Source: Sphingobacteriia bacterium
GTDB lineage: Bacteria > Bacteroidota > Bacteroidia > Bacteroidales > UBA7960
Reading direction: 5' to 3'
DNA: 64,000 nt
NCBI GenBank assembly: GCA_011390575.1
Contig: JAABSE010000005.1
Location: forward strand, 2,726-66,725
Position numbers and translations under genes: made by a program
The notes under the pieces: generated by a model
Database searches by the model: none
Told to the model about the DNA's origin: nothing
What the model saw: only the letters and a program-made list of their open reading frames with translations
In this document: positions 1 through 11,634 of the stretch, in pieces
Position numbering within the stretch: position 1 is the stretch's first letter
How the letters are laid out: every line of letters starts with the position of its first letter

Positions 1-523
1 TGGGATTTTGATATACCCGAATGAATTCTCTGCGGTAATTTACCCGAACAGGAAATTCCTTGAAAAAGTCATATCCCATAATTCCATGCACCTGGAAGCC
101 AAATATTTCGGAGAATGATAAAATACCTTCAGGTAATACCACCAGGTTCATGTTACGACCCGTTATTCCGGGCATGGAAAAAGTTAGATTGCGCACCATG
201 CCGGCTTCAACGACGCCTTCACTACCCAACCCAACGACATAAACCAATTCATCAATTTCCAAGTCAAATGCAAAAGCTATCAAAGGCTCAGTGAGAATGG
301 TTGTATTCACACCTGTATCAAGAATAAAGTTCAGGGGGGGTGATCCATTGATACTCATCGACACAACTATCAGGTTGTGGGAAATACGGGCAGGGATTTT
401 CAATGAACGATAATTCACATCAAAGCTGAAACCCTGAGGCCGCTCTTCCGCAGCTTTTACAGGCACTGTATTGAGTTGAAACACAGCAATGATTATCAGA
501 GACCAGAATTTAATCAAACGCAT
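1..523 (-). CDS. retropepsin-like (clan AA) aspartic protease domain protein, 3' end cut by window edge
   Basis: Absent from the ORF track because it runs off the window. Reverse-strand ATG at 523-521 gives MRLIKFWSLIIIAVFQLNTVPVKA (signal-peptide-like), then ...SINGSPPLNFILDTGVNTTIL with a D-T-G catalytic motif. The frame stays open to base 2. Confidence 0.55.
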   Translation of the reverse strand, partial: MRLIKFWSLIIIAVFQLNTVPVKAAEERPQGFSFDVNYRSLKIPARISHNLIVVSMSINGSPPLNFILDTGVNTTILTEPLIAFAFDLEIDELVYVVGLGSEGVVEAGMVRNLTFSMPGITGRNMNLVVLPEGILSFSEIFGFQVHGIMGYDFFKEFPVRVNYRREFIRVYQNP

Positions 524-602
524 AAAAACCCTTTGCTATTTATAAACAGTATTGCTGAACTATCTATAGCAACAAAGGACTCTTCTGTCTTGTTTGAAAA
601 TT

Positions 603-1655
603 TTAGCTATGATTTTTCTGAAGAAGGTAATTGCGTATGCTTTTGTTCAGTTTTTTAACCATTGCCGGCCCCTGATAAATAAAACCGGTATAAACCTGCA
701 AAAGACTTGCCCCGGCTTCCAGCTTTTCAATGGCATCTTCGGGTGTCATAATTCCACCCACACCAATAACAGGGATTTTTCCTTCCGACTTTTCCACGAT
801 ATACCTGATTGTTTCCGTGGATTTGTCTCTTAACGGCTTGCCACTGAGTCCTCCTCTTCCTATCTGCTCAATCATTTCAGCATCAGAGGAAAGGTTATCC
901 CTCGTGGTGGTAGTATTGGTAGCGATGATACCATCAATACCGGTTGTTGTCACCACTTGAATCACATCATCCAGTTGTCCGGGGGGCAGATCCGGAGCAA
1001 TTTTCAGCAAAACCGGCTTGCGTTTTTCTTTTTGCCGGCCTGCTTCATTGATCCGGGAAATGATTTTTATGAGTTCATCTTTATCCTGCAGTTTTCCAAG
1101 TCCTTCAATATTGGGACAGCTAACATTGATGACGAAATAATCTACCCAGTCGTGTAACTTGTTGAAACAAACCAGGTAGTCATCAATGGCATTTTCGTTG
1201 AGGGTAAGGGTGTTCTTGCCAATATTCCCTCCAACAATCACCTCCGGCCGGTGTTTCTTAAGGTTTTTGACAAACTGGTCAACCCCGGGATTGTTGAACC
1301 CCATGCGGTTGACCAGGGCGTTGTCTTTTTTTAACCGGAAAAGCCTGGGTTTGGGATTGCCGGGTTGGGGAAGCGGGTTTACGGTTCCTATTTCGATGTG
1401 ACCAAACCCAAAGGCTGCCAGATGATTATATATGTTTGCCTGTTTATCAAAGCCTGCTGCAAGGCCCACCTTGTTGGGAAAGCGAATCCCGAAAAGCTCT
1501 GTTTCCATGATGGGATCCTGTACTTTACAGGTCATTTTTACCAAAGCTTTTACGCCGGGAATCATAAACCCGATGTGCAGCATGTTTACCACCATATGAT
1601 GGACGGTTTCGGGAGAAAAAAGAAACAGGATGGGGCGAAGCAGTGCTTTATACAT
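603..1655 (-). CDS. pyrD: dihydroorotate dehydrogenase (quinone), class 2
   Basis: 350 aa. Motifs read by eye: GLAAGFDKQAN, GTVNPLPQPGNPKPRLFRL, NRMGFNNPG, INVSCPN, IATNTT, GGLSGKPL, GVGGI. ATG start. Confidence 0.9.
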   Translation of the reverse strand: MYKALLRPILFLFSPETVHHMVVNMLHIGFMIPGVKALVKMTCKVQDPIMETELFGIRFPNKVGLAAGFDKQANIYNHLAAFGFGHIEIGTVNPLPQPGNPKPRLFRLKKDNALVNRMGFNNPGVDQFVKNLKKHRPEVIVGGNIGKNTLTLNENAIDDYLVCFNKLHDWVDYFVINVSCPNIEGLGKLQDKDELIKIISRINEAGRQKEKRKPVLLKIAPDLPPGQLDDVIQVVTTTGIDGIIATNTTTTRDNLSSDAEMIEQIGRGGLSGKPLRDKSTETIRYIVEKSEGKIPVIGVGGIMTPEDAIEKLEAGASLLQVYTGFIYQGPAMVKKLNKSIRNYLLQKNHS

Positions 1656-1676
1656 TGGGTTGTTCAGGCTATAATG

Positions 1677-2204
1677 TTATTTATCGTCTTTGTCTTCTTT
1701 CCTGGCTTTTTTTGTTGTTTGCTTTTTGGGGGCATCTGCTTTCTTCTCCTCTTTAGGTGTTTCTTCTGCTGTCGTTTCGTCCGCTGCTTCCTTCTCTTCT
1801 TCTCCTTCCTCTGTTTCAGGCTCACTGATCATATCATGCTCAAGCAACAGGTTGTACCACGAAAATAATTTCCGGATGTCGCTGGCATATACCCTCTCCT
1901 GATCATAGTCAGGAAGAATAACTTCGAAATATTCTTTGAGTTGATCTGAATCGGCCTTAAGATCGATAGATAAAGCCTTTCCGCCTTCTTTCTGGTATAT
2001 TTTCCACAATACCTCCTTCAAAGGAACATCGTCGGTATACGTAAACATACTGATATCTTCCAGTACCGATGAGCGGTGGGTTGCAAAAACCGGCATTTTT
2101 TTTCCATCAGCCAGAGATTCAACAATAATACTTCCGCGCGACTGGGAAACAACTTTGAACAAGCCGCTTTTCCCGGAGATTGCCATTACTTTGCTTAAGT
2201 CCAT
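1677..2204 (-). CDS. DUF5606-like protein with acidic/lysine-rich C-terminal tail
   Basis: The track ORF 1677..2267 begins at a TTG. The first ATG (2204) gives MDLSKVMAISGKSGLFKVVSQSRGSIIVESLADGKKMP, the N-terminus I recall for Bacteroidota DUF5606 proteins. The tail is EEGEEEKEAADETTAEETPKEEKKADAPKK. Confidence 0.6.
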   Translation of the reverse strand: MDLSKVMAISGKSGLFKVVSQSRGSIIVESLADGKKMPVFATHRSSVLEDISMFTYTDDVPLKEVLWKIYQKEGGKALSIDLKADSDQLKEYFEVILPDYDQERVYASDIRKLFSWYNLLLEHDMISEPETEEGEEEKEAADETTAEETPKEEKKADAPKKQTTKKARKEDKDDK

Positions 2205-2272
2205 CTTATTTGAGTTTGATTGTTTTTTAATGGTTTGATTTATTTTCTGTTTGACAAAATTAATCAATGATT

Positions 2273-4102
2273 TTATTCTGCAAACATTTGCAGGCTGTGA
2301 AGTTTTTTATAATAGCCGTCGATAGTAAGCAACTGCTCATGACTGCCTCTTTCTACAATTTCTCCTTCATGCATCACACATATCATATCAGCATTTACAA
2401 CAGTTGACAATCTGTGAGCAATTACAATGGATGTTCTGTTTTTCATTACATTGCTCAGGGCTTCCTGTACCAGTTTTTCCGATTCGGTATCAAGTGCCGA
2501 GGTAGCTTCATCCAGAATGAGGATGGGAGGATTTTTCAGCACGGCTCTTGCAATGCTCAGGCGCTGGCGCTGGCCACCGCTTAATTTGTTGCCTCTGTCG
2601 CCAATATTGGTATAATAACCCAGGGAGGTTTTTTCAATAAATTCGTGCGCATTGGCTATTTGGGCAGCTCGTATCACCTGTTCTTTGCTTATGTTGTATT
2701 CACCAAAGGCAATGTTGTTGAAAAAGTTATCATTAAACAATATGGCCTCCTGGTTTACATTTCCCATGAGTTCTCTCAGGTCGTGCAGTTTTATGTTTTT
2801 AATGTTTTCTCCGTCCAAAAGTATTTCACCCTCCGTTACGTCATAGAGTCTTGGTAACAAATCCACCAGGGTTGATTTACCGGCTCCCGACTGTCCAACC
2901 AGGGCAATGGTATATCCTTTGGGGATTTTGAGGTCAATATTTTTCAAAACAGGTGCCTTTTCATACCGAAAACTAACATTTTTAAACTCAATGGAGTCGG
3001 AAAATGTCTTGATGCTCTTTGCATCGTGCCGGTCTTCTATTTTTGCTTCTGCATTCAGAATATCATCAATCCTGTCGGCTGACGCCATTCCTTTGAGGAT
3101 GTTGTAATAGGCGGTTGAGAAAGATTTGGCCGGATTGATAATCTGGGCAAATAGTATCAGATACCCTATAAAAGCAGAAGGAGACAGGCTGCCGGTTTCA
3201 CTCAATACCAGCGAACCTCCGTACCATACTATCAGAATTACCACCAATGTGCCCAGAAATTCGCTAACCGGTGATGCCATATACTGACGGCGGTACATTT
3301 TGGTCATGATGAGGGTGTAGAAACTGTTGATGCTAAGGAAACGATCCTTCATTTTCTTTTCGGCATTGAAAGCTTTTATGACCCTTATGCCTGTGAGTGT
3401 TTCCTCTAAAACCGATAATATTACACCCAGTTTGTTTTGCCCTTTCAGCGCTGTGGTTCTGAGTGTTTTTCCTATGCGACCAATAATAATACCGCTCACC
3501 GGCAACAATACCAAAACGACCAGGGTGAGATTGGTACTCATAATAAACAATGAAACCAATATGACGGCAATGGTAATGGGCTCGCGAAAAACCATTTCCA
3601 GTGAGCTGATTACGCTGTGCTCTATTTGCTGCACATCACTGGTCATACGGCTTATCAAATCTCCTTTTTTTTCATTTGAATGATAGGAGAGAGGCAAAAT
3701 AAGTGTTTTTTGATAGAGATCGTTGCGGATGTCTTTTACCACTACATTGCGAATCCATGCCAGGTTGTACATGGCAGCATACTTAAACGCATTTTTGAGA
3801 AAGCTCATGGTAATGGCAAAAACACCAACAGCCACAAGCGTTGCCACACTGCCATAACGCAACAGCAACTTGCTTACAAAGTAATAAAAATTGGTACTGA
3901 TGGCATCTGCTGCATTGGAAAGACTGAAAGGGATCGGTTCTGTAACAATGGGTTGCATTTCAAATAAAATATTCAGCACAGGAATTACCATTATGACCGA
4001 GAACACATTAAACAGCGCACTCAAAAAGCTGAAAAACACATTGAGTGCAACTGAGGCTTTGTAAGGGATGAGGTAATTAAAAATTCTTCTGAATTTTCCC
4101 AT
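2273..4102 (-). CDS. ABC transporter, fused permease/ATPase (MsbA-like lipid/multidrug exporter)
   Basis: 609 aa. N-terminal multi-TM domain, then Walker A GQSGAGKST, signature LSGGQRQR and Walker B ILILDEATSALD. Confidence 0.85.
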   Translation of the reverse strand: MGKFRRIFNYLIPYKASVALNVFFSFLSALFNVFSVIMVIPVLNILFEMQPIVTEPIPFSLSNAADAISTNFYYFVSKLLLRYGSVATLVAVGVFAITMSFLKNAFKYAAMYNLAWIRNVVVKDIRNDLYQKTLILPLSYHSNEKKGDLISRMTSDVQQIEHSVISSLEMVFREPITIAVILVSLFIMSTNLTLVVLVLLPVSGIIIGRIGKTLRTTALKGQNKLGVILSVLEETLTGIRVIKAFNAEKKMKDRFLSINSFYTLIMTKMYRRQYMASPVSEFLGTLVVILIVWYGGSLVLSETGSLSPSAFIGYLILFAQIINPAKSFSTAYYNILKGMASADRIDDILNAEAKIEDRHDAKSIKTFSDSIEFKNVSFRYEKAPVLKNIDLKIPKGYTIALVGQSGAGKSTLVDLLPRLYDVTEGEILLDGENIKNIKLHDLRELMGNVNQEAILFNDNFFNNIAFGEYNISKEQVIRAAQIANAHEFIEKTSLGYYTNIGDRGNKLSGGQRQRLSIARAVLKNPPILILDEATSALDTESEKLVQEALSNVMKNRTSIVIAHRLSTVVNADMICVMHEGEIVERGSHEQLLTIDGYYKKLHSLQMFAE

Positions 4103-4111
4103 AGCAAATAT

Positions 4112-5470
4112 TTAGTCAATCACCGGTAAAATACCCGTGTAGTTATAAGGTGTAATTGTCAGGAGTGATTCTTTGGTTTTGTTGTCGATATCCAGCGATT
4201 GGATAAAGTCATGAATGGCTTCTCTGTTGATGACATCGTGAGTGCGGGTAAGTTCTTTGAGCTTTTCGTAAGGTTGTGGATAGTTGATTTTTCTCAAAAC
4301 AGTTTGTATGGCTTCAGCCACCACCATCCAGTTGTCTTCCAGGTCACGGTTTATTTTCTCCTGATTGATAATCAGTTTGCTCAGCCCTTTCCGGGTGGCT
4401 TTAATGGCGATGAGCATGTGCGCCAGGGGCATGCCAATGTTTCTGAGCACCGTGGAATCGGTAAGGTCTCTTTGCATGCGCGAAACCGGGAGTTTGGCCG
4501 ACAGGTGTTCGCACAAAGCTATAGCGATTCCCAGGTTGCCTTCGGAGTTTTCGAAGTCAATGGGATTCACTTTGTGTGGCATGGCAGATGAACCAACTTC
4601 TCCCTCCTTGATTTTCTGCTTAAAATAATTCATGGATATGTATGCCCATGCATCGCGGTTGAGATCGATAATGATGGTTGAAATTCTTTTCAATCCATCA
4701 AATATGCCTGCCATGAAATCGTAATGCTCTATCTGGGTGGTTACTTCCGATCGTTTGAGCCTGAGGGTATTGTTTACAAAACGATCTGCGAAACTGTTCC
4801 AGTCAATGTCAGGGTAAGCGGCTTTGTGGGCATTGAAATTGCCTGTGGCACCCCCGAATTTTGCAGCAAATGGCATGGCCAGTAGCTGATTGATCTGCCT
4901 TTCGAGGCGGTAATGAAAAACATATATTTCTTTTCCTACTGTGGTGGGAGATGCCGGCTGACCATGGGTGTGTGCAAGCATAGGCACGTTGAGCCAATTC
5001 TTTGCCATTTCTTTCAGGGTTGCCATTAAAGCGTCCAGCTCAGGGACGATAACTTCCAACAGGCCTTCTTTGAGCGATAAAGGAACGGCAGTGTTGTTGA
5101 TATCCTGAGAGGTCAGCCCAAAATGAATAAATTCTTTGTACTGAGACATGCCAATGGCATCAAATTTTTCTTTGATATAATATTCTACTGCCTTGATATC
5201 ATGATTGGTAACGACTTCAATTTCCTTGATGCGCAAAGCATCCTGCCCCCCAAAATCGTGATAGATATTACGGACAGCCTCAATGTCTTCATCCTGTATG
5301 CCAGAGAGTTCTGGTAAGCCCTGTTTGCATAATGCAATAAAATATTCCAGTTCTACAAAAACCCTGTATTGTATGAGTGCATACTCACTATAATACTTCT
5401 GAAGCTCAATGGTTTTGGATTGATACCTCCCGTCCACCGGAGAAATGTTGTAAAGTGCCGTACTGTCCAT
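4112..5470 (-). CDS. purB: adenylosuccinate lyase
   Basis: 452 aa. Fumarate-lyase superfamily signature GSSAMPHKVNP and a PurB-like N-terminus (ISPVDGRY). Confidence 0.9.
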   Translation of the reverse strand: MDSTALYNISPVDGRYQSKTIELQKYYSEYALIQYRVFVELEYFIALCKQGLPELSGIQDEDIEAVRNIYHDFGGQDALRIKEIEVVTNHDIKAVEYYIKEKFDAIGMSQYKEFIHFGLTSQDINNTAVPLSLKEGLLEVIVPELDALMATLKEMAKNWLNVPMLAHTHGQPASPTTVGKEIYVFHYRLERQINQLLAMPFAAKFGGATGNFNAHKAAYPDIDWNSFADRFVNNTLRLKRSEVTTQIEHYDFMAGIFDGLKRISTIIIDLNRDAWAYISMNYFKQKIKEGEVGSSAMPHKVNPIDFENSEGNLGIAIALCEHLSAKLPVSRMQRDLTDSTVLRNIGMPLAHMLIAIKATRKGLSKLIINQEKINRDLEDNWMVVAEAIQTVLRKINYPQPYEKLKELTRTHDVINREAIHDFIQSLDIDNKTKESLLTITPYNYTGILPVID

Positions 5471-5538
5471 CGAAAAACTGATAATAGGGATTAAAACTGA
5501 TAGAAATATTTAGGTCAGAAATTTACTGAATACAGAAA

Positions 5539-5567
5539 TCTGCCCCGGCTTTAACAACCGGGGCAGA
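5539..5567 (-). terminator. intrinsic terminator downstream of yidC
   Basis: Perfect 10-bp stem tctgccccgg / ccggggcaga with a 9-nt loop, 15 nt past the yidC stop. On the minus strand it is followed by TTTCTGTAT. Confidence 0.55.
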
Positions 5568-5581
5568 GGTATTATGGGGTA

Positions 5582-7516
5582 TTATTTGCGTTTTTTCTTT
5601 TGTTGTTGTTGCTGTTTGGCCATGTCTTCCAGCCTTTTTTGCCAGCTGGACTTTTTGACCGGCTTTTTCTTGTTTGCTTCAATTTTCGCCCTGATTTTAT
5701 CTTCATCGATCATAAACCGGAAAGCAAACATTTGAGCAAAAGTGATAATGTTGGCCAAAAAGTAATAGTAGCTGAGACCAGCGGCAAAGCCATTGAAAAT
5801 AAACAAAAGCATAACCGGCATGAAGTACATCATAGTTTTCATCCCCGGCATTTGGGTGCCTGTATTCATCATCTGGCTGTTCATGTGGGTGTAAATCACT
5901 GTAGAAATAGCCATAAGCAGGGTGAATAAACTAACGTGATCACCATACCATGGTATAGTGAATGGCAGGTCATATATGGAGTCATAAGAAGAGAGGTCGT
6001 CGGCCCAGAGAAACCCTTCCTGGCGCAATTCAAAAGATGCCGGGAAGAACCGGAACATGGCAATGAGGAAGGGGAACTGCAAGAGCATGGGCACGCATCC
6101 AGCCATAGGATTCACGCCGGCTTTTTTATACAAAGCCATTTGTGCCTGCTGCTTCTTCATGGCATCTTCCTTTTTGGGATATTTCTGGGTGAGCTCCTCG
6201 ATATCCGGTTTCAACACCCTCATGCGGGCTGAAGAAAGATAGGTTTTGTAGGCGATGGGAAACAGGATAAGTTTTAAAAGAAGCGTAAGCAGGAGGATGA
6301 TGATTCCGTAATTAAGATTAAAGCTGTCCAGGTAATTGAATACCGGGATAACAAAATATCTGTTTATCATTTTGAAGAGTACCCATCCCAGTGGAATCTG
6401 TTCTTCCAGTTGCAGATCATAGGCATTCAGGGTGTTGAAGTGATTGGGCCCGAAATAGAAATGCATGGGAATGGTGTTGTCTTCCCGGCTGTTGTAAGGG
6501 ATGTCGATACTGGCGGTCATCCTTTTGAGCAGCTGATCCTGTTCTTCTTCGTAGGAACTTGTGCTTACAACAGCACTGCTGAAATTATTTCCGGCAATAA
6601 GTACAGAGGTAAAAAACTGTTGCTTGAATGAAATCCATTTTACACTGGTTCGGAGGTTTTCTGTTCCATCCTTCGTTTCTCTGATTTTGTCTACCTCATC
6701 GTTGAAATACTTGTAATAAACGGTGGTGGCGTTCATTTCATTTTTACGGCTTTTTTCCAGTCTTTCCAGATCGGCCTGCCAGTCCAGGTTGAGCATGGTA
6801 ATGTTGGAGGCTATTACATCCTGCATTCCCACCGTATTAATATTGAAATCAATCATGTAATCGTTGCCGTGAAGGGTATATTCAAATTCCATATACCTGG
6901 GGTTTTCAGGGCTGTGATTGTCAGGATATACACGCATGGCAACTACCACAGAGTCCTGGTCTGAAATGCGGATATGATTGTCGGTCTGGGTGTGGTAAGT
7001 CTTAACCTGCGGTTCAAAAAACAGATCGCTGGTTGAAATAAGCCTGTTGGCCGAGTAGAACTGTATGTTAAAAACATTATCCTCGCCTGAGAAAAGAATA
7101 AGGGGCTCTTTTTCCCACGACTGATATTCTTTAAGCTCTACGGACTGAATATGTCCACCTTGCCTGGAAAGTTTGATTTTCATGATGTCACTTTCCAGGG
7201 TAATCAGGTCGCTGTCTCCCGTTGCTGCTGAGGCAAAAAATCCCATTTTGTCGCGAAGTGAAGCTTCACGAATGGAATCCTGCTCCGGACTGTCAATGTT
7301 TTCCTGGGTTGGCAGTTCCCTTTCTGTTTGGTTCAGGGAGTCGGCGGTGCGCTCTGCTTCCCGTATTCTTTGCTGATCTGCCTGTTGGACAGCTGCAATA
7401 CTGTCTTGTCTGCGCTGCATCTCTTGCCTTTCCTCTTCAGAGGGGGCGTTCAGGATGCCAAAACCAATCAGGATTGCGAATATGAGAATCAGACCAATAA
7501 TATTATCTCTGTTCAT
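5582..7516 (-). CDS. yidC: membrane protein insertase YidC (long Bacteroidota form)
   Basis: 644 aa. N-terminal TM, a large periplasmic domain, a C-terminal 60 kDa-IMP core (GVNPMAGCVPMLLQFPFLIAMFRFF) and a basic K/Q-rich tail. Confidence 0.9.
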   Translation of the reverse strand: MNRDNIIGLILIFAILIGFGILNAPSEEERQEMQRRQDSIAAVQQADQQRIREAERTADSLNQTERELPTQENIDSPEQDSIREASLRDKMGFFASAATGDSDLITLESDIMKIKLSRQGGHIQSVELKEYQSWEKEPLILFSGEDNVFNIQFYSANRLISTSDLFFEPQVKTYHTQTDNHIRISDQDSVVVAMRVYPDNHSPENPRYMEFEYTLHGNDYMIDFNINTVGMQDVIASNITMLNLDWQADLERLEKSRKNEMNATTVYYKYFNDEVDKIRETKDGTENLRTSVKWISFKQQFFTSVLIAGNNFSSAVVSTSSYEEEQDQLLKRMTASIDIPYNSREDNTIPMHFYFGPNHFNTLNAYDLQLEEQIPLGWVLFKMINRYFVIPVFNYLDSFNLNYGIIILLLTLLLKLILFPIAYKTYLSSARMRVLKPDIEELTQKYPKKEDAMKKQQAQMALYKKAGVNPMAGCVPMLLQFPFLIAMFRFFPASFELRQEGFLWADDLSSYDSIYDLPFTIPWYGDHVSLFTLLMAISTVIYTHMNSQMMNTGTQMPGMKTMMYFMPVMLLFIFNGFAAGLSYYYFLANIITFAQMFAFRFMIDEDKIRAKIEANKKKPVKKSSWQKRLEDMAKQQQQQKKKRK

Positions 7517-7604
7517 TCTTTGTGATGATTAAGATTGATGTTTATATAGAAAAAATTCTTTATTAACTTTTTGGGAAAACAATCCTGCAAAAGTACAAAA
7601 TGTT

Positions 7605-9314
<1,710 letters not shown>

Positions 9315-9359
9315 TCATCGGTTACCTAACTTTCAGATTTTTTCGAGATGAACATAAAA

Positions 9360-9394
9360 AGCAAACAGCCCCTGGTTACAATGGGCTGCTTGTT
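9360..9394 (-). terminator. terminator-like hairpin on the pyrG coding strand, about 95-120 nt upstream of the pyrG start
   Basis: Minus-strand RNA: AACAAGCAGCCC - 11 nt loop - GGGCTGTTTGCT (10 Watson-Crick pairs, 1 G-U, 1 mismatch), followed by TTTTATGTT. It is either the terminator of an upstream transcript or a pyrG leader attenuator. Confidence 0.35.
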
Positions 9395-9957
9395 GTTGCA
9401 GCAATTGATTTCACATTGGTAAAGGGGCTTGTTTTTTCGTTTGCGAAAGTAAGAAAAGATTGTCAAAAAGGATAGAAAAAACAGTTTAATTTATTGGGCA
9501 CAAATCTATTATTTACAGGGTCGTATCATGGTTGTGTATGTTGAACAGCAAAAATATGAGGTCTTATTTATACTTTTTATTGCCTAATCCCTGTTTTTTG
9601 TTTTCTGATCTTGTTCATTTTGGATTTGTTTTTCCACCACCTGATCTTTTGGGCCGGCATAGAAATGGGTTTTCTCCTGAGCATTGTTATCCTCATCTTG
9701 CTTCTCGTTCAATACTTTTTTCCGTTCCGTAACCCTGGCATTGCTTTCCGGATTGAACTCCTGCTTTTCAATTACTTTTACTGCGTTACTTAGATTTTTC
9801 AACACCTTTTGCTTGTTCCATGTTCTGATGGATTAATAAGCGTTTGTATATTTTATTTAACCATAATGCCTTTTAAGATGGGTTTTAGATCTCCCTGAAA
9901 TCATATAAACGGAGCAAAAGCCATCTTTGTTTCTTAAAAACCGACTATGTCGGCACT

Positions 9958-9997
9958 AAAAATAAATGCCGGACCTATAGGCCCGGCATTTATTTTT
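9958..9997. terminator. bidirectional intrinsic terminator
   Basis: Perfect 15-bp inverted repeat aaaaataaatgccgg / ccggcatttattttt around a 10-nt loop, 27 nt downstream of the stop of the 10024..10305 gene. A/T runs flank both sides. Confidence 0.6.
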
Positions 9998-10023
9998 AAT
10001 GAGATATTTGCTGTTCTGGCAGA

Positions 10024-10305
10024 TTAAAGACTCAATTCTTCATTTACTTCCTGTTCTTCTTTTCTGACTTTATTCAGAATCTGCAGCATTTTTTCATGAC
10101 TTAAAACACTCCGGGATAATTTAGCTTGCAGGTTATCCTGATGGAAATGGTCATCTTCATCAGGTAATTCCTGTTGCAACAGGATTTCGATCTGGGTTCC
10201 ATTTGAAAGTTCTATTTTGTGCGGTTTTGCCGCAAAAGAATAAGAGCCCGCCTGTGCACTCAGGGCTCCCAGTAAAATTGCTGAAGTTATTATGTTTCTT
10301 CTCAT
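10024..10305 (-). CDS. hypothetical small secreted protein
   Basis: 93 aa. Signal peptide MRRNIITSAILLGALSAQAG, then a hydrophilic acidic body. A strong terminator lies just downstream. I recognise no domain. Confidence 0.5.
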   Translation of the reverse strand: MRRNIITSAILLGALSAQAGSYSFAAKPHKIELSNGTQIEILLQQELPDEDDHFHQDNLQAKLSRSVLSHEKMLQILNKVRKEEQEVNEELSL

Positions 10306-10710
10306 ATATAATTTATTTTTTGAATTATTGTTGTGATTAAAAAATATAAGTCATTATTAATCAGTTGTTAATGATTTTTTCTGAGCTTATTTTTATTTAG
10401 ACCAAATATAAATAATAAAATGATGAAAAAAATCCAAAAATTGAAAAATTTCTTTAATAGGGTTTGTGTTTTTTATTGATGGAAATATTAGTATCTTTAA
10501 AGGAAGAAATTGTCTTTTCTGTATTGTGTATTTCTTTTCACGCAATTATTCTGCCTTTTAATATTTTGCCCTGATTTTATGTGGGAACCGGATTTATTGT
10601 ATTGTGCATTCAATCCTGGAATCCTCATGGGACCTGGCTGTTAAAAACGGGTTTTGACCCATCAGAAAATTTTACCGGTTCACATTGTTGATTTGAGGGA
10701 AGGAGTTTGC

Positions 10711-11634
10711 TTACTCAGCAGCAGATAGTATTGGATAGTTTTCTCCCAGAATCAGATGTAAAAAAGATGCATCAGAATAATCATTCAGATGAGCGGTATG
10801 TTGCTTTTGGTTTGAAACAATAATTCGTGCTTTGGCCATTTCTGAAGTGGTGCCAGAATTCTTCCCGAACGACGGGTTATGGACTTTGAAGGCTTCGTTC
10901 CCGGTAATGGTTTCTTCTTTTTCAAATATGCAATGACCGGTTTTTAAGTCAATTAATCTGATTTTGTAATTATCAGGAACTAAATCCTCAATTTCGATGA
11001 AAGAATGAATTAAGTCAAAAAAAGCAATGCCACTTTTCTCCCCCTGAATGTGTAATAGCAATTTGGCCTTTTCAATTTGACTATTGAATTTTTTCAATAA
11101 TACCTGGCATTTGTTTTTGGGGGAATCATGATGGGTGGCTCTGAAAATGTATTCTATCTGGAACAGCATATTCTTCAATGGGTATGTAGGCTCTTTTCCG
11201 GAATCTGTTTCGACAGAAGAAAGTTCCGAAAAACCTTCCTGTTCATCTGAATGGCAGTGTTTCAGCAATCTGTAGTCGTCGATAATATAAAGGTTTAATG
11301 CTGTGAAAACCTTCCCAACGATTACCCGCTTTTCGTCCACCAAATCATAATGGGTGGTGTCGAGGTGAGTCTGTATTCCTGAGATAATTTTTTTTTCACC
11401 TTTTGGTTTTAATGGGATGTCATGAATGTTGATTGAGAATAAATCTTCTCTTTCATTTTTATTGAATATATTGAAGCCATGGCCCAAAAACAAAGCAAAT
11501 AACGACAACCAGCTTAATGTTGACAGTGTGAGCAACACCGTAAAATCCCTTATATTCATCCTGCCCGTAATCAAAACGCCATAACCCAGAGAAAGAATAC
11601 ATCCGCTCAGATATATAATTGTCAATGCCCCCAT
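10711..11634 (-). CDS. hypothetical membrane-anchored protein (2 N-terminal TM helices, unknown soluble domain)
   Basis: 307 aa. N-terminus MGALTIIYLSGCILSLGYGVLITG ... LLTLSTLSWLSLFALFLGHGF is hydrophobic and the remaining ~240 aa have no motif I recognise. Flanked by 405 and 485 bp of AT-rich non-coding DNA. Confidence 0.5.
   Translation of the reverse strand: MGALTIIYLSGCILSLGYGVLITGRMNIRDFTVLLTLSTLSWLSLFALFLGHGFNIFNKNEREDLFSINIHDIPLKPKGEKKIISGIQTHLDTTHYDLVDEKRVIVGKVFTALNLYIIDDYRLLKHCHSDEQEGFSELSSVETDSGKEPTYPLKNMLFQIEYIFRATHHDSPKNKCQVLLKKFNSQIEKAKLLLHIQGEKSGIAFFDLIHSFIEIEDLVPDNYKIRLIDLKTGHCIFEKEETITGNEAFKVHNPSFGKNSGTTSEMAKARIIVSNQKQHTAHLNDYSDASFLHLILGENYPILSAAE

Noticed and set aside
9584-9805. 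73 aa hydrophilic reverse-strand ORF between pyrG and the small secreted protein gene
   Set aside because: It has a GTG start only, contains no Met, is low-complexity (K/E/Q/N-rich) and is overlapped by equally long plus-strand ORFs. I could not support it as a gene, although a transcript here would explain the downstream hairpin.
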